Below are positions 1 through 7,627 of a stretch of 64,000 nt of DNA, in pieces. The first letter of the stretch is position 1; each line of letters begins with the position of its first letter. A program made the translations under genes and the position numbers. The notes below the pieces were generated by a model that was not told where the DNA came from, did no database searches, and saw nothing but the letters and a program-made list of their open reading frames with translations. The stretch lies in the IMG/VR virus record IMGVR_UViG_3300009183_000045. One strand, given 5' to 3'. This DNA is from a virus. Lineage: Duplodnaviria; Caudoviricetes.

Positions 1-82
1 CCGCCGTCTTCATCACTCTCGTCGCTCGCAAGCATCGCCTTTAGTCGTTGCGGTTCCCCACACAATCCTTTAATATTATTAC

Positions 83-715
83 ATGATGAAAAAAGTATAT
101 CGCAAGAAGCTCGGAGCAGTCGCCAAAGCCGCTAAGGCTAAGATCAAGGAATCCTGCGGAGGAGACCAGTTTAAGAACCTCCAGGAATGGGTGTCCTTCT
201 TCCAAGAGAATGAGCGCCTCCCGGGACAGAAGATCACCTGCTCTATCTGTAAGAAGAAGCAGACCTCGATGTTCGGAGACAATATTAAGCGCCAGATGGC
301 TAAGCCTAAGTACAAGACCATTGAGCTTCTCCTTACTAAGTTCGAATGCTCTACCTGCCGGAAGCTTAATGATCCAGTGGAGAAGCCTAAGAAGGAAAAG
401 AAGGTTAAGCTAGTCGAAGATAAGGTCTCTACGGAATACCTTACGGTGGATGAGATGGAAGATCGTAAAGAAAAGGTCCGAGCTAACCTTCCCACCTACA
501 ATCCTGACTTCAAGCCAGTGAAGATTGATTTCAATGATGCAGAGCAAGTAGGTGAGTTAACCAATGGCACCTGTCAGCGCCCTGATATCTATCTGGATTA
601 CGGATGTGCTAATTGTCATTTGGTTAAGTTCTGTAAGGCTAGCTGTTGTGTTCCTTCCCGGAGCCTGGAAAAGGGGGATCGTCTTAAGCAGAGCAAAGGT
701 CCTAAACGTAAGTAA
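83..715 (+). CDS. Early hypothetical protein, Cys-rich (CxxC motifs, probable Zn binding), Lys-rich
   Basis: 210-aa ORF starting at predicted +1 of the cassette promoter; CSIC, CSTC, CANC, CKASCC motifs. Confidence 0.8.
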   Translation: MMKKVYRKKLGAVAKAAKAKIKESCGGDQFKNLQEWVSFFQENERLPGQKITCSICKKKQTSMFGDNIKRQMAKPKYKTIELLLTKFECSTCRKLNDPVEKPKKEKKVKLVEDKVSTEYLTVDEMEDRKEKVRANLPTYNPDFKPVKIDFNDAEQVGELTNGTCQRPDIYLDYGCANCHLVKFCKASCCVPSRSLEKGDRLKQSKGPKRK

Positions 716-719
716 CCTC

Positions 720-1016
720 ATGTCCCTTGATAAAGCTATTCAACATGGAAAAGAACATCGTAAACCCTATCGTGGGGCTGCTGCTTGGGATTCTCATTGT
801 AGGAACAACAACTACTGTTCCTGGTGCAGAAGTGACAGAACCCATTCTAATCAACTTAGAGAGTATAGTAATCGAGAAGAGTCCCTGGCTTGGAACTCAG
901 AGATGGACCAAGGATCTAGCATCGCAGATCAATGGGGAGATCAATGGACCTGGATGGATGAAGAAAGATCTCCCAGCACCCAAGAGTCCTATCCTAGCTG
1001 GAGCGGTTTGAATTAA
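720..1016 (+). CDS. Small Cys/His phage protein (MSLDKAIQHGKEHRKPYRG...CRNNNYCSWC)
   Basis: In frame with track ORF 564-1016; ATG at 720 follows TAAGTA (709-714) by 5 nt; N-terminus resembles a recurrent phage family from memory. Confidence 0.65.
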   Translation: MSLDKAIQHGKEHRKPYRGAAAWDSHCRNNNYCSWCRSDRTHSNQLREYSNREESLAWNSEMDQGSSIADQWGDQWTWMDEERSPSTQESYPSWSGLN

Positions 1017-1054
1017 TAGGGACCTTCCCCCAGCCACTCTCTAATATTAATACA

Positions 1055-1465
1055 ATGAAAGACCGCATTGCATTCCTCCTCCTGATTACTTTGAGTTGTA
1101 TTAACTCAGGATGTACGACCAACCGAGTTATGGTGGATGATCATTCTTATCACCATAATGATGTTCCTCCGCAGAATACCTCGATCATCCACAATCATTA
1201 TCCCCAGCCTGTAATGATCCAGAAGCCGAGTGTCCAACAGCTTGATAGGGAGTATCTACAGTTCCAACAGAATCAGTCCCCAGTTTCCCAGGAATCAGGA
1301 AACGGTTATACTCCTCAGATGTTCCCCAATGCTAATAGGTATCCACAGGTGCAGTCTTACTTCCAACCTTACGGTAGGTCTTATGCCTATAGCCATAGCA
1401 CGCCGGGATATTCCAGCAACGTGTATGCCTATAAGGCTCATGTGAGAGCTCAACTTGGATTCTAA
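1055..1465 (+). CDS. Early putative lipoprotein, Gln/Tyr/Pro-rich low-complexity tail
   Basis: Signal peptide MKDRIAFLLLITLS-C / NSG-C lipobox-like; own cassette promoter. Confidence 0.7.
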   Translation: MKDRIAFLLLITLSCINSGCTTNRVMVDDHSYHHNDVPPQNTSIIHNHYPQPVMIQKPSVQQLDREYLQFQQNQSPVSQESGNGYTPQMFPNANRYPQVQSYFQPYGRSYAYSHSTPGYSSNVYAYKAHVRAQLGF

Positions 1466-1646
1466 GTTCCTTATGTTTCGAATGATCCTTTGGTTAGTAT
1501 TGGGACTCCTAGTTCATCTCCTCTTCCCAGACTTCACTCTCCTCGGAGTTGCCCTGGTGCTCTTCATCGGCTACGCCGCCTGGAGTCTCCACTACATCGC
1601 TCTGGTGGGACTCGCCCTCTACGGAGTCTTCACTCTCTTCTTTTAG
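1455..1646 (+). CDS. Small multi-pass membrane protein
   Basis: 63 aa, almost entirely hydrophobic; C-ending codon bias like its neighbours; start uncertain. Confidence 0.65.
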   Translation: MDSKFLMFRMILWLVLGLLVHLLFPDFTLLGVALVLFIGYAAWSLHYIALVGLALYGVFTLFF

Positions 1647-1684
1647 CGCTTGAGGTTCCCCACTAACTCCTGCATAATAGAAAC

Positions 1685-1879
1685 ATGATTAAGACCCAAG
1701 TCCATATCGTGTTCAAGGAAGCCGGTGTCTTCTCCAACGGAGGCAATGAGTTCATCGGAGTCTTCTTCGATCGGAAGTCCGCGGAGGAGTGGATCTGGCA
1801 ACGGAAGGACTCCAAGAGGTTCTTCATCGAGACCTACGAGCAGCCTGAGTCCGGGATCGCCCACGAAGTCTTTGCTTGA
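1685..1879 (+). CDS. Early hypothetical protein
   Basis: 64 aa; ATG at predicted +1 of cassette promoter. Confidence 0.8.
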   Translation: MIKTQVHIVFKEAGVFSNGGNEFIGVFFDRKSAEEWIWQRKDSKRFFIETYEQPESGIAHEVFA

Positions 1880-1910
1880 GGTTCCCCTCAGCTTCCTCTA
1901 ATATTATTAC

Positions 1911-2114
1911 ATGATGAAAAACACCATGACCACTAAAGAGCAGTTCATTAAATTGGCAGAAGCAGAGGGCCTTGATAAGGTACTTTTGAATGATTATATC
2001 ATTGAGTCAGAAGATCAAGAGGGTATTGAATATTGGGATAGTTTTGAAAGTGCAGAAGAAGCATTGGGTGATTTGAAAGTGTATATTCAATTTGCAGAGC
2101 CCACGGCGGAATAA
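1911..2114 (+). CDS. Early acidic hypothetical protein
   Basis: 67 aa; ATG at predicted +1. Confidence 0.8.
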   Translation: MMKNTMTTKEQFIKLAEAEGLDKVLLNDYIIESEDQEGIEYWDSFESAEEALGDLKVYIQFAEPTAE

Positions 2115-2177
2115 GAGGTTTGCCCCGAGTAGGGGAATCTGGTTGAGCTTCCCCCCAACGTCCGTTAATATTATTAC

Positions 2178-2474
2178 ATGATGAAAAACAAGATGAACAC
2201 CAAGACCGAAGTCCGCGTAGCAGTCCTCCAGGCGATCGAAGCCAAGAACCCGAAGGCCATCGACTTCCGCGTCCTCGGTATCCTCACCGATGAGGAAGAA
2301 GGAACCACACACCTAGGCTTCGGGGTGAACGGAATCGCCTTCAAGACTGACTGGCTGAACACCGACTTCGTGGAAGGCCTGGCGCTGGTACAGAAGGAGA
2401 ACCTCACGACCCTCAAGCAGCTGAAGGAGCTCGACCTCCTCCTGCAGAATAGGACCACAACGATCAACCGGTAG
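2178..2474 (+). CDS. Early hypothetical protein
   Basis: 98 aa; ATG at predicted +1; strong G/C-ending codon bias. Confidence 0.85.
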   Translation: MMKNKMNTKTEVRVAVLQAIEAKNPKAIDFRVLGILTDEEEGTTHLGFGVNGIAFKTDWLNTDFVEGLALVQKENLTTLKQLKELDLLLQNRTTTINR

Positions 2475-2527
2475 TCCTGGCGGTTCCCCACTCAGTCCGT
2501 TAAGATATTAACAATCAAGAACATCAT

Positions 2528-2683
2528 ATGACCTACCAAGACCTCCTCGAAGTACTCCAGACCCTCACCCCCGAACAGCTCCAGCAGACTGTGACTGTCG
2601 AGGCTGAAGACACCATCCAACCCGATCGGCTCCGTACTGATGAAGACACCGGAGTGCTCTACTTCAAGGCGACCGTGTGCTGA
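2528..2683 (+). CDS. Early hypothetical protein, 51 aa (MTYQDLLEVLQTLTPEQLQQTV...), not in ORF track
   Basis: Read manually; follows cassette promoter 2478-2506 with a 15-nt A/C-rich leader; same codon bias. Confidence 0.75.
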   Translation: MTYQDLLEVLQTLTPEQLQQTVTVEAEDTIQPDRLRTDEDTGVLYFKATVC

Positions 2684-2746
2684 GTCTAGTGTGGCGGTTC
2701 CCCACATCCTCCTCTAAGATATATACAAGATGAATAAATAGATTAG

Positions 2747-3055
2747 ATGAAATCAAAAGACCAACAATTACTAGAAGAAGCTTACCTCAAAGTTCATGAA
2801 TCCACACACAAGAATTACTTCCAGGATGCTCTGCTCAATCCCTCACTGTATGAGCTAGTCTTGTACTCCATGAGAGATGAAGACTGGGAAGGTAATACAA
2901 TGACAGCTACAGAGGCTTCGCTGTATACAGCTGAAGGAGCCAAGGTAGACTCCCGGACCTTTGAGGAAGATAGTATCCATGCAGACGAACTTAATGATCT
3001 GATTGCTGCCTTCCAGAAGCACAATCCAGAAGGCATCTCAGACAATAGGCACTAA
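2747..3055 (+). CDS. Hypothetical protein with virion-type N-terminus (MKSKDQQLLEEAY)
   Basis: 102 aa; TAAATA at 2735-2740, 6 nt before ATG, plus an upstream early cassette. Confidence 0.75.
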   Translation: MKSKDQQLLEEAYLKVHESTHKNYFQDALLNPSLYELVLYSMRDEDWEGNTMTATEASLYTAEGAKVDSRTFEEDSIHADELNDLIAAFQKHNPEGISDNRH

Positions 3056-3117
3056 GCCGTACTTGCCCAGATCAAGTAGTCCTTGCAGTTCCCCACAACG
3101 TCCGTTAATATTATTAC

Positions 3118-3378
3118 ATGATGAATAACACATACACACGAGTCCTCAGCACGAAGCAAGTCAACGTCCTCGCCAAGGAAGCCAAGCGCGTCCAGTACAT
3201 CGTCAACAAGGTCCGCGTCTTCCATCCCTCTTCGGTGGATGCCATCACGGTGCTTGACAATGAGGACAATGCTCTGGTGTTCAAAGCCCTTCGTGCGGAC
3301 AGAGGCACCTGGGTGGTGACCTTCTCGAAGGACTACTGGCAGAGCCCAGAGGATGCCGTACTTGCCCAGGGCATCTAA
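3118..3378 (+). CDS. Early hypothetical protein
   Basis: 86 aa; ATG at predicted +1. Confidence 0.85.
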   Translation: MMNNTYTRVLSTKQVNVLAKEAKRVQYIVNKVRVFHPSSVDAITVLDNEDNALVFKALRADRGTWVVTFSKDYWQSPEDAVLAQGI

Positions 3379-3420
3379 GTAGGCCTTGCGGTTCCCCATC
3401 TCCTCTACTAATATTATTAC

Positions 3421-3678
3421 ATGATGAAGAACGACATGAACCACACCACCGCAGAAGACCACACCACCCCAATCGTCGGCGCCACCTACCTCTGGCAGGG
3501 CATGCCCTGTGCCGTCCTGGAGACGAGGCCTAGTGAGCTCAGCACCTACACGTGGGATGTGAAGGTGGAGTACTTCAGCAAGGCCGGCAAGTGCTTCCCC
3601 TCCCTCTGGACTCCGTGGCTTCCAGGATGCTTCCTCCTTACCTTCAAGCCTGGTGGTCAGCTGAGTCGAGTAGCGTAA
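3421..3678 (+). CDS. Early hypothetical protein
   Basis: 85 aa; ATG at predicted +1. Confidence 0.8.
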   Translation: MMKNDMNHTTAEDHTTPIVGATYLWQGMPCAVLETRPSELSTYTWDVKVEYFSKAGKCFPSLWTPWLPGCFLLTFKPGGQLSRVA

Positions 3679-3685
3679 GTAGTAC

Positions 3686-3850
3686 ATGACCATTAACATT
3701 GTAGAGTACGCAGGCCTCCTAGAAGACTTTGTCCAAGGCCGCATCACTAAAGAAGAGTGGTGTGCCTACTGTCAAAGGCTATTGAATGAAGAGCTTAAGG
3801 TAGAGGCCCTTAAGAGCTGTCCATGTGAAACAGACTCCAGGGTCTTTTGA
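3686..3850 (+). CDS. 54-aa hypothetical protein (MTINIVEYAGLLEDFVQGRITKEEWCAYC...), not in track
   Basis: Read manually; TAAGTA 3676-3681 just upstream of ATG. Confidence 0.55.
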   Translation: MTINIVEYAGLLEDFVQGRITKEEWCAYCQRLLNEELKVEALKSCPCETDSRVF

Positions 3851-3960
3851 CAGCGCGGGGATTTTTCGCACCGCGGTATGCAAGGACCCCGGCAGTTCAA
3901 ATACACCCTATAGTCTGAAAACGGGAATGACGGGGGGTGGGGTAATACCAGGGGGTACCA

Positions 3961-4020
3961 TCCTATATACTCCTATATACTCCTATATACTCCTATATAC
4001 TCCTATATACTCCTATATAC
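3961..4020. repeat. Perfect tandem repeat TCCTATATAC x6, flanked by inverted GGGTACC/GGTACCC
   Basis: Directly visible; inverted repeats at 3953-3959 and 4023-4029. Confidence 0.97.
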
Positions 4021-4066
4021 CCGGTACCCTATAGCTCTCCCCTTACACCCGGGGGTAAGTATTTCC

Positions 4067-4213
4067 ATGATATCCCCCTCTAAGGAAGAGCAACTCCTGG
4101 CGGCCCCTATATGGAGAGCTAAATGGCTTCTCTTCACGTGGATCGCGCGGCGAGAGATCGGATACATGGAATTTCTCTTTTTCTGGGAACTGATTAATGC
4201 TCAACCTAAGTAA
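4067..4213 (+). CDS. 48-aa Trp-rich hypothetical protein, not in track
   Basis: Read manually (MISPSKEEQLLAAPIWRAKWLLFTW...); TAAGTA about 5 nt upstream. Confidence 0.5.
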   Translation: MISPSKEEQLLAAPIWRAKWLLFTWIARREIGYMEFLFFWELINAQPK

Positions 4214-4216
4214 ATC

Positions 4217-4546
4217 ATGATGTATTACGATGGTTCCATATCTAGTAGATTAAGAGAATTACAGAAAGAGCTAGACACCTCTTATGCTCGAGTTAATTTC
4301 GTTCATGTTCTTCTTGGAGAAGCTTATAACAAAATTAAAGATCTCGAAGCAGAAAATGATCGTCTCCAGGCTTATCTCAACCCAGATATTTCTCCGGTAA
4401 ATAAAACTCTAGAAGATAACATTCCGAAGGTTCTTTCCTCCACGGAGATTGCTTCATTACCTTTAGACAAAATTACGGACAATATAGAAGAAAATATAGA
4501 ACCCGTAAAGTCGAAAAGGGTCAAGCTAGAGGCCTCTCGTAAATAA
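4217..4546 (+). CDS. Hypothetical coiled-coil protein
   Basis: 109-aa ORF, heptad-like N-half; TAAGTA upstream. Confidence 0.65.
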   Translation: MMYYDGSISSRLRELQKELDTSYARVNFVHVLLGEAYNKIKDLEAENDRLQAYLNPDISPVNKTLEDNIPKVLSSTEIASLPLDKITDNIEENIEPVKSKRVKLEASRK

Positions 4547-4595
4547 AAAATAAAAAGAGTGGAATGGAGTTCTGTTTCCTTTATTATAATTAGAT

Positions 4596-4805
4596 ATGAA
4601 TAAATCTGATTTGGAAGTAACTCTTATCAACACCGTCAAGCTTCTCCTAGACGACTCTAATGGAATCTCTGATCAAGCTTATCAGTCTCTTATGGAATTG
4701 ATTTATCTAGTATCTCCGGAGAGCAAGTCTCTAGATTATATGGCAGAGACCGAAGGCTTCAAAGGACGTAAATTCCTCAATGAAGATTTTGAATTGAATT
4801 CTTAA
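4596..4805 (+). CDS. Hypothetical protein
   Basis: 69 aa; TATAAT at 4585-4590 just upstream. Confidence 0.7.
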   Translation: MNKSDLEVTLINTVKLLLDDSNGISDQAYQSLMELIYLVSPESKSLDYMAETEGFKGRKFLNEDFELNS

Positions 4806-4808
4806 TCA

Positions 4809-4843
4809 TGGACCTTCCCCTTTAATTTTGTTATATTAATAAC
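4809..4843 (+). promoter_or_regulatory. Early cassette promoter, ATG at +1
   Basis: TGGACC, 17-bp spacer TTCCCCTTTAATTTTGT, TATATT, 6 nt, ATG 4844. Confidence 0.8.
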
Positions 4844-5554
4844 ATGAAAGAAGAAATTGAGAAAGAAGAATCGGGAGCGGGTGTTGATACTGACATTGAG
4901 GCCGGCGAGGCGAATCCTTATGTGCGAGCGGTACAGATCCTAAATAAGGCCTTTGACCACTTTAATGAAAAGTATTGTGACAACCTTTTGAAGAGACCCT
5001 TGATCACCATTCTTTCTAGAGGGAGGAAGGCTTGTCTCGGCTGGCACTGGAAAAACAAATGGAATTATCAAGACAGTCTGCACACGGAGATTATGATTGC
5101 AGCAGAAGCCTTGAGGCGTCCAGTGCCAGCTATCTTGGAGACTCTTCTCCATGAAATGGTCCATCTTTGGAATAGTCAACATGATATTCCAGATTGCAAT
5201 GCTTCTCAGTATCACAATAAGGCCTTTAAAAAGACTGCTGAGGGACGCTTTCATCTAGAGGTAGATCGGATGCCCCAACGCGGATATGCGCTGACTAGTC
5301 TTTCCGTCAAAGCAGCGGAAGATGTCCAGAATTTTATTGATCAAGAACAAGTAGGAGATTTTCGTTTGGTAAGAGTACAAGAGGCCGGAAAATTAGCAGC
5401 CAATAAGCAATACATGATTAATGTTTCAGAACAAGACTTCTTTTGGTTTCAAGACACGAAAAAGACTAGTGGAATGAAATCTAAAGAGTTTATGGCTCTT
5501 CTTCGGGAGACTTATACAGATATGTATAATAATCTAGAACAAACTGGAACTTAA
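4844..5554 (+). CDS. SprT-like zinc metalloprotease domain protein
   Basis: LLHEMVH (HExxH) followed by YHNKAFK, typical SprT-like pattern. Confidence 0.8.
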   Translation: MKEEIEKEESGAGVDTDIEAGEANPYVRAVQILNKAFDHFNEKYCDNLLKRPLITILSRGRKACLGWHWKNKWNYQDSLHTEIMIAAEALRRPVPAILETLLHEMVHLWNSQHDIPDCNASQYHNKAFKKTAEGRFHLEVDRMPQRGYALTSLSVKAAEDVQNFIDQEQVGDFRLVRVQEAGKLAANKQYMINVSEQDFFWFQDTKKTSGMKSKEFMALLRETYTDMYNNLEQTGT

Positions 5555-5557
5555 CTT

Positions 5558-6271
5558 ATGAGTAATCTATTAATCATCGGAGACATTCACAACAAAGTAG
5601 GTTTGGCAGATCTTTATCTCAAAAGATTTCCGGACACCTCAGTAATTTTCCTAGGTGATTACTTTGATGATTTCGGGGACACAGAAGAAGATGCTACCCA
5701 CACTGCAGAATGGTTAAAAGAATCTTTGACACATTCCAACAGAATTCATCTTATTGGTAATCATGATTATCCTTACATGGTAAATGGTAGAGTTATTTGT
5801 CCGGGATGGACCAAAGAAAAGCAACATGCAGTTAATAAAGTACTAAGTCCAGAAGATTGGGCAAAGTTTAAATTCTTTCATTATGAAAAAAATTATTATT
5901 TCAGCCATGCTGGTATTACCAAGTATTGGTTTGGAAAACCTCTTGATGGTGAAATTGACCCTCAACGGGTGGAAGAGGTTGTTTTATTGGCTCATTCCAA
6001 TGCCATGGCTGGATTAAATGCTGATCCTTTATGGGCGGCGGATCAATGCCGAGGTGGTTGGCATGATGTAGGAGGTCTTCTCTGGTGTGATTGGAGAGTC
6101 CTAGAACATCTACCTGGGGTAAATCAGATTGTAGGTCACACTCCAAGTAAACGTATTTTAATGAGCAGTGATAAAGATTCTAGACACATTAATGTGGATT
6201 GTTTTCTAAATGAGGCCCTGCTGTTATCAGAGAATGGTTTGCCTACGGTGATTAAGAAGTTTGGAAACTAA
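5558..6271 (+). CDS. Calcineurin-like metallophosphoesterase
   Basis: GDIH, GDYFD, GNHD, SHAG and GHT motifs. Confidence 0.9.
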   Translation: MSNLLIIGDIHNKVGLADLYLKRFPDTSVIFLGDYFDDFGDTEEDATHTAEWLKESLTHSNRIHLIGNHDYPYMVNGRVICPGWTKEKQHAVNKVLSPEDWAKFKFFHYEKNYYFSHAGITKYWFGKPLDGEIDPQRVEEVVLLAHSNAMAGLNADPLWAADQCRGGWHDVGGLLWCDWRVLEHLPGVNQIVGHTPSKRILMSSDKDSRHINVDCFLNEALLLSENGLPTVIKKFGN

Positions 6272-6398
6272 AGATTTGGCCTCTTATAGGATAAATATTA
6301 ATCTATATATGAGACAAGTTATATCAAATTGGTCTTCTCTTTTTTCCTTATTTTTTGGTCAACTCACCTTTGAAGTTAATCATTTTTTTGATACCCGC

Positions 6399-6419
6399 GG
6401 GGCTGCAAATAAAAGCCCC
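6399..6419. terminator. Possible hairpin terminator between convergent genes
   Basis: GGGGCT-N9-AGCCCC between the 5558(+) and 6461(-) genes; no adjacent strong U-tract. Confidence 0.4.
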
Positions 6420-6460
6420 AAAGGCTCTTTCCAAAAGATTCCACGAATCGGAAGATAATA

Positions 6461-7267
6461 TTAAGCCGTTTTACTCTTTAACTCATTTACTAAGTTAAAG
6501 AGTTTTTGTTTAAATTGTCTCCAACATCTGTTTGATGTTAATATATATTGTTTGTTTGTTTCTACTTCAGTTGGAACTTTGCTTATAGATTGTATAAAGG
6601 CATAGTGTTTATCTAAAAGATCTTTTGAATAGTTGTTATCTATATCACTATGGTACCAGACATCATTAGCAAATTCCTCTTTCGGTTTTCTTAAAATTTC
6701 ATTTAAGATGTTTATTACTTTAATTTTATCCTTCTTGCGATAAAAAACATCTACTATATTATGTGCTAGTTCTGCCAGTTGTGCTTCTAGTTCTGCGGGT
6801 TCTGTAAAGTAATTAAACCAATCCAACTCAGTTTCATCTGAGGTTTTATCAAGAGTCTTTACATATTTGTCAGAAAAGGTTTGATACTTCTGTAATCCGT
6901 GTATGAGTTCATGTATTATAATAGACACGGCACTGGCGGGATTGCCTATAATAACATCCAAAGAGACCGCCACGTAGGATCCGGTTTTTTTAGTACCTGG
7001 GTTCCACACACCCCTATCCCGAATGTCTTGTACCCAAATACGAACTTTCTTTCTTCCTATATAAACTTCTCCTAAAAAAACACTATGTTCTTTGTGAACC
7101 AAGTCTCTTAAGGTCTTTTCCGTTTCCAGACGAGAGGTTCCTGCTCGAGCGCCTCTCGAATGCAAATTAAGACTACGAAAAGAATTTACCATTTGTTTTA
7201 TATGATTAGTAAATACTGGCGAGGAAACTTCATCCTCAACCGTAGAAAATTTTGCTTCAGAGAACAT
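6461..7267 (-). CDS. Zincin-like metallopeptidase domain protein, late
   Basis: IIHELIH plus YFTEPAELEA; TAAATA shortly upstream on the minus strand. Confidence 0.7.
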   Translation of the reverse strand: MFSEAKFSTVEDEVSSPVFTNHIKQMVNSFRSLNLHSRGARAGTSRLETEKTLRDLVHKEHSVFLGEVYIGRKKVRIWVQDIRDRGVWNPGTKKTGSYVAVSLDVIIGNPASAVSIIIHELIHGLQKYQTFSDKYVKTLDKTSDETELDWFNYFTEPAELEAQLAELAHNIVDVFYRKKDKIKVINILNEILRKPKEEFANDVWYHSDIDNNYSKDLLDKHYAFIQSISKVPTEVETNKQYILTSNRCWRQFKQKLFNLVNELKSKTA

Positions 7268-7314
7268 GTATGTATTTAGGCCAATTGTTGTTAAAATAAA
7301 CCTAAGTATGATAT

Positions 7315-7626
7315 ATGCCCTTCGATTTAATCATTTCTATAGCTTATGCCATATGCTGCATATCTGCTTCCTTTGTTTTAGTCGGAGTAAAAAAAGGAAC
7401 ACTATGGCCTTGGAGTTCTTTAATTACTAGTCTAATAAGCATGCTTATATGGTCTATAGCAACTAGAAAAACAAAACTTTCATTGGTTCAAATCAGTGCT
7501 TTATTTGATGTAGTTGGGGCTGTGGCTTATTTTGTTGGGTTTGTTTTATTTGGAGAAATAATAACATTAACTCAGTGGATGGGCATTTCTCTCTTAATAT
7601 TTTCCCTCTACTTGATAAATAGATAA
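7315..7626 (+). CDS. Small 4-TM membrane protein (EamA/SMR-like)
   Basis: Four hydrophobic segments, GEIITLTQWMGISL C-terminal pattern; TAAGTA 7303-7308. Confidence 0.6.
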   Translation: MPFDLIISIAYAICCISASFVLVGVKKGTLWPWSSLITSLISMLIWSIATRKTKLSLVQISALFDVVGAVAYFVGFVLFGEIITLTQWMGISLLIFSLYLINR

Positions 7627-7627
7627 T

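Larger units (their letters stand above)
48..3420 (+). promoter_or_regulatory. Array of 9 conserved early promoter cassettes (-35 / 17-bp spacer starting TTCCCC / -10 / 6 nt / +1)
   Basis: -35 and -10 starts: 48 TTGCGG/71 TAATAT; 1019 GGGACC/1042 TAATAT; 1650 TTGAGG/1673 CATAAT; 1876 TTGAGG/1899 TAATAT; 2143 TTGAGC/2166 TAATAT; 2478 TGGCGG/2501 TAAGAT; 2692 TGGCGG/2715 TAAGAT; 3083 TTGCAG/3106 TAATAT; 3386 TTGCGG/3409 TAATAT. All spacers are 17 bp; in six copies ATG starts exactly 7 nt after the -10 end. Confidence 0.9.

Noticed and set aside
727-1011. Track ORF resembling a secreted protein
   Set aside because: The overlapping frame from ATG 720 has the upstream TAAGTA motif and a more protein-family-like Cys/His pattern; 727 is likely a shadow ORF.
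48-3420. Recurrent (C/G)GGTTCCCC motif resembling a type I-E CRISPR repeat
   Set aside because: Spacing is 200-970 bp with full ORFs between copies, there is no palindromic 28-37-bp repeat or cas operon, and the motif fits -35/-10 promoter geometry.
3052-3747. 231-aa antisense ORF (also 79-495, 2007-2312, 2174-2491)
   Set aside because: Explained by the codon bias of the sense genes, which leaves few antisense stops; no promoter or recognisable motifs.
3825-4034. ORF running through the 10-bp tandem repeat
   Set aside because: GTG start with no initiation signal, and the peptide is just the translated repeat.
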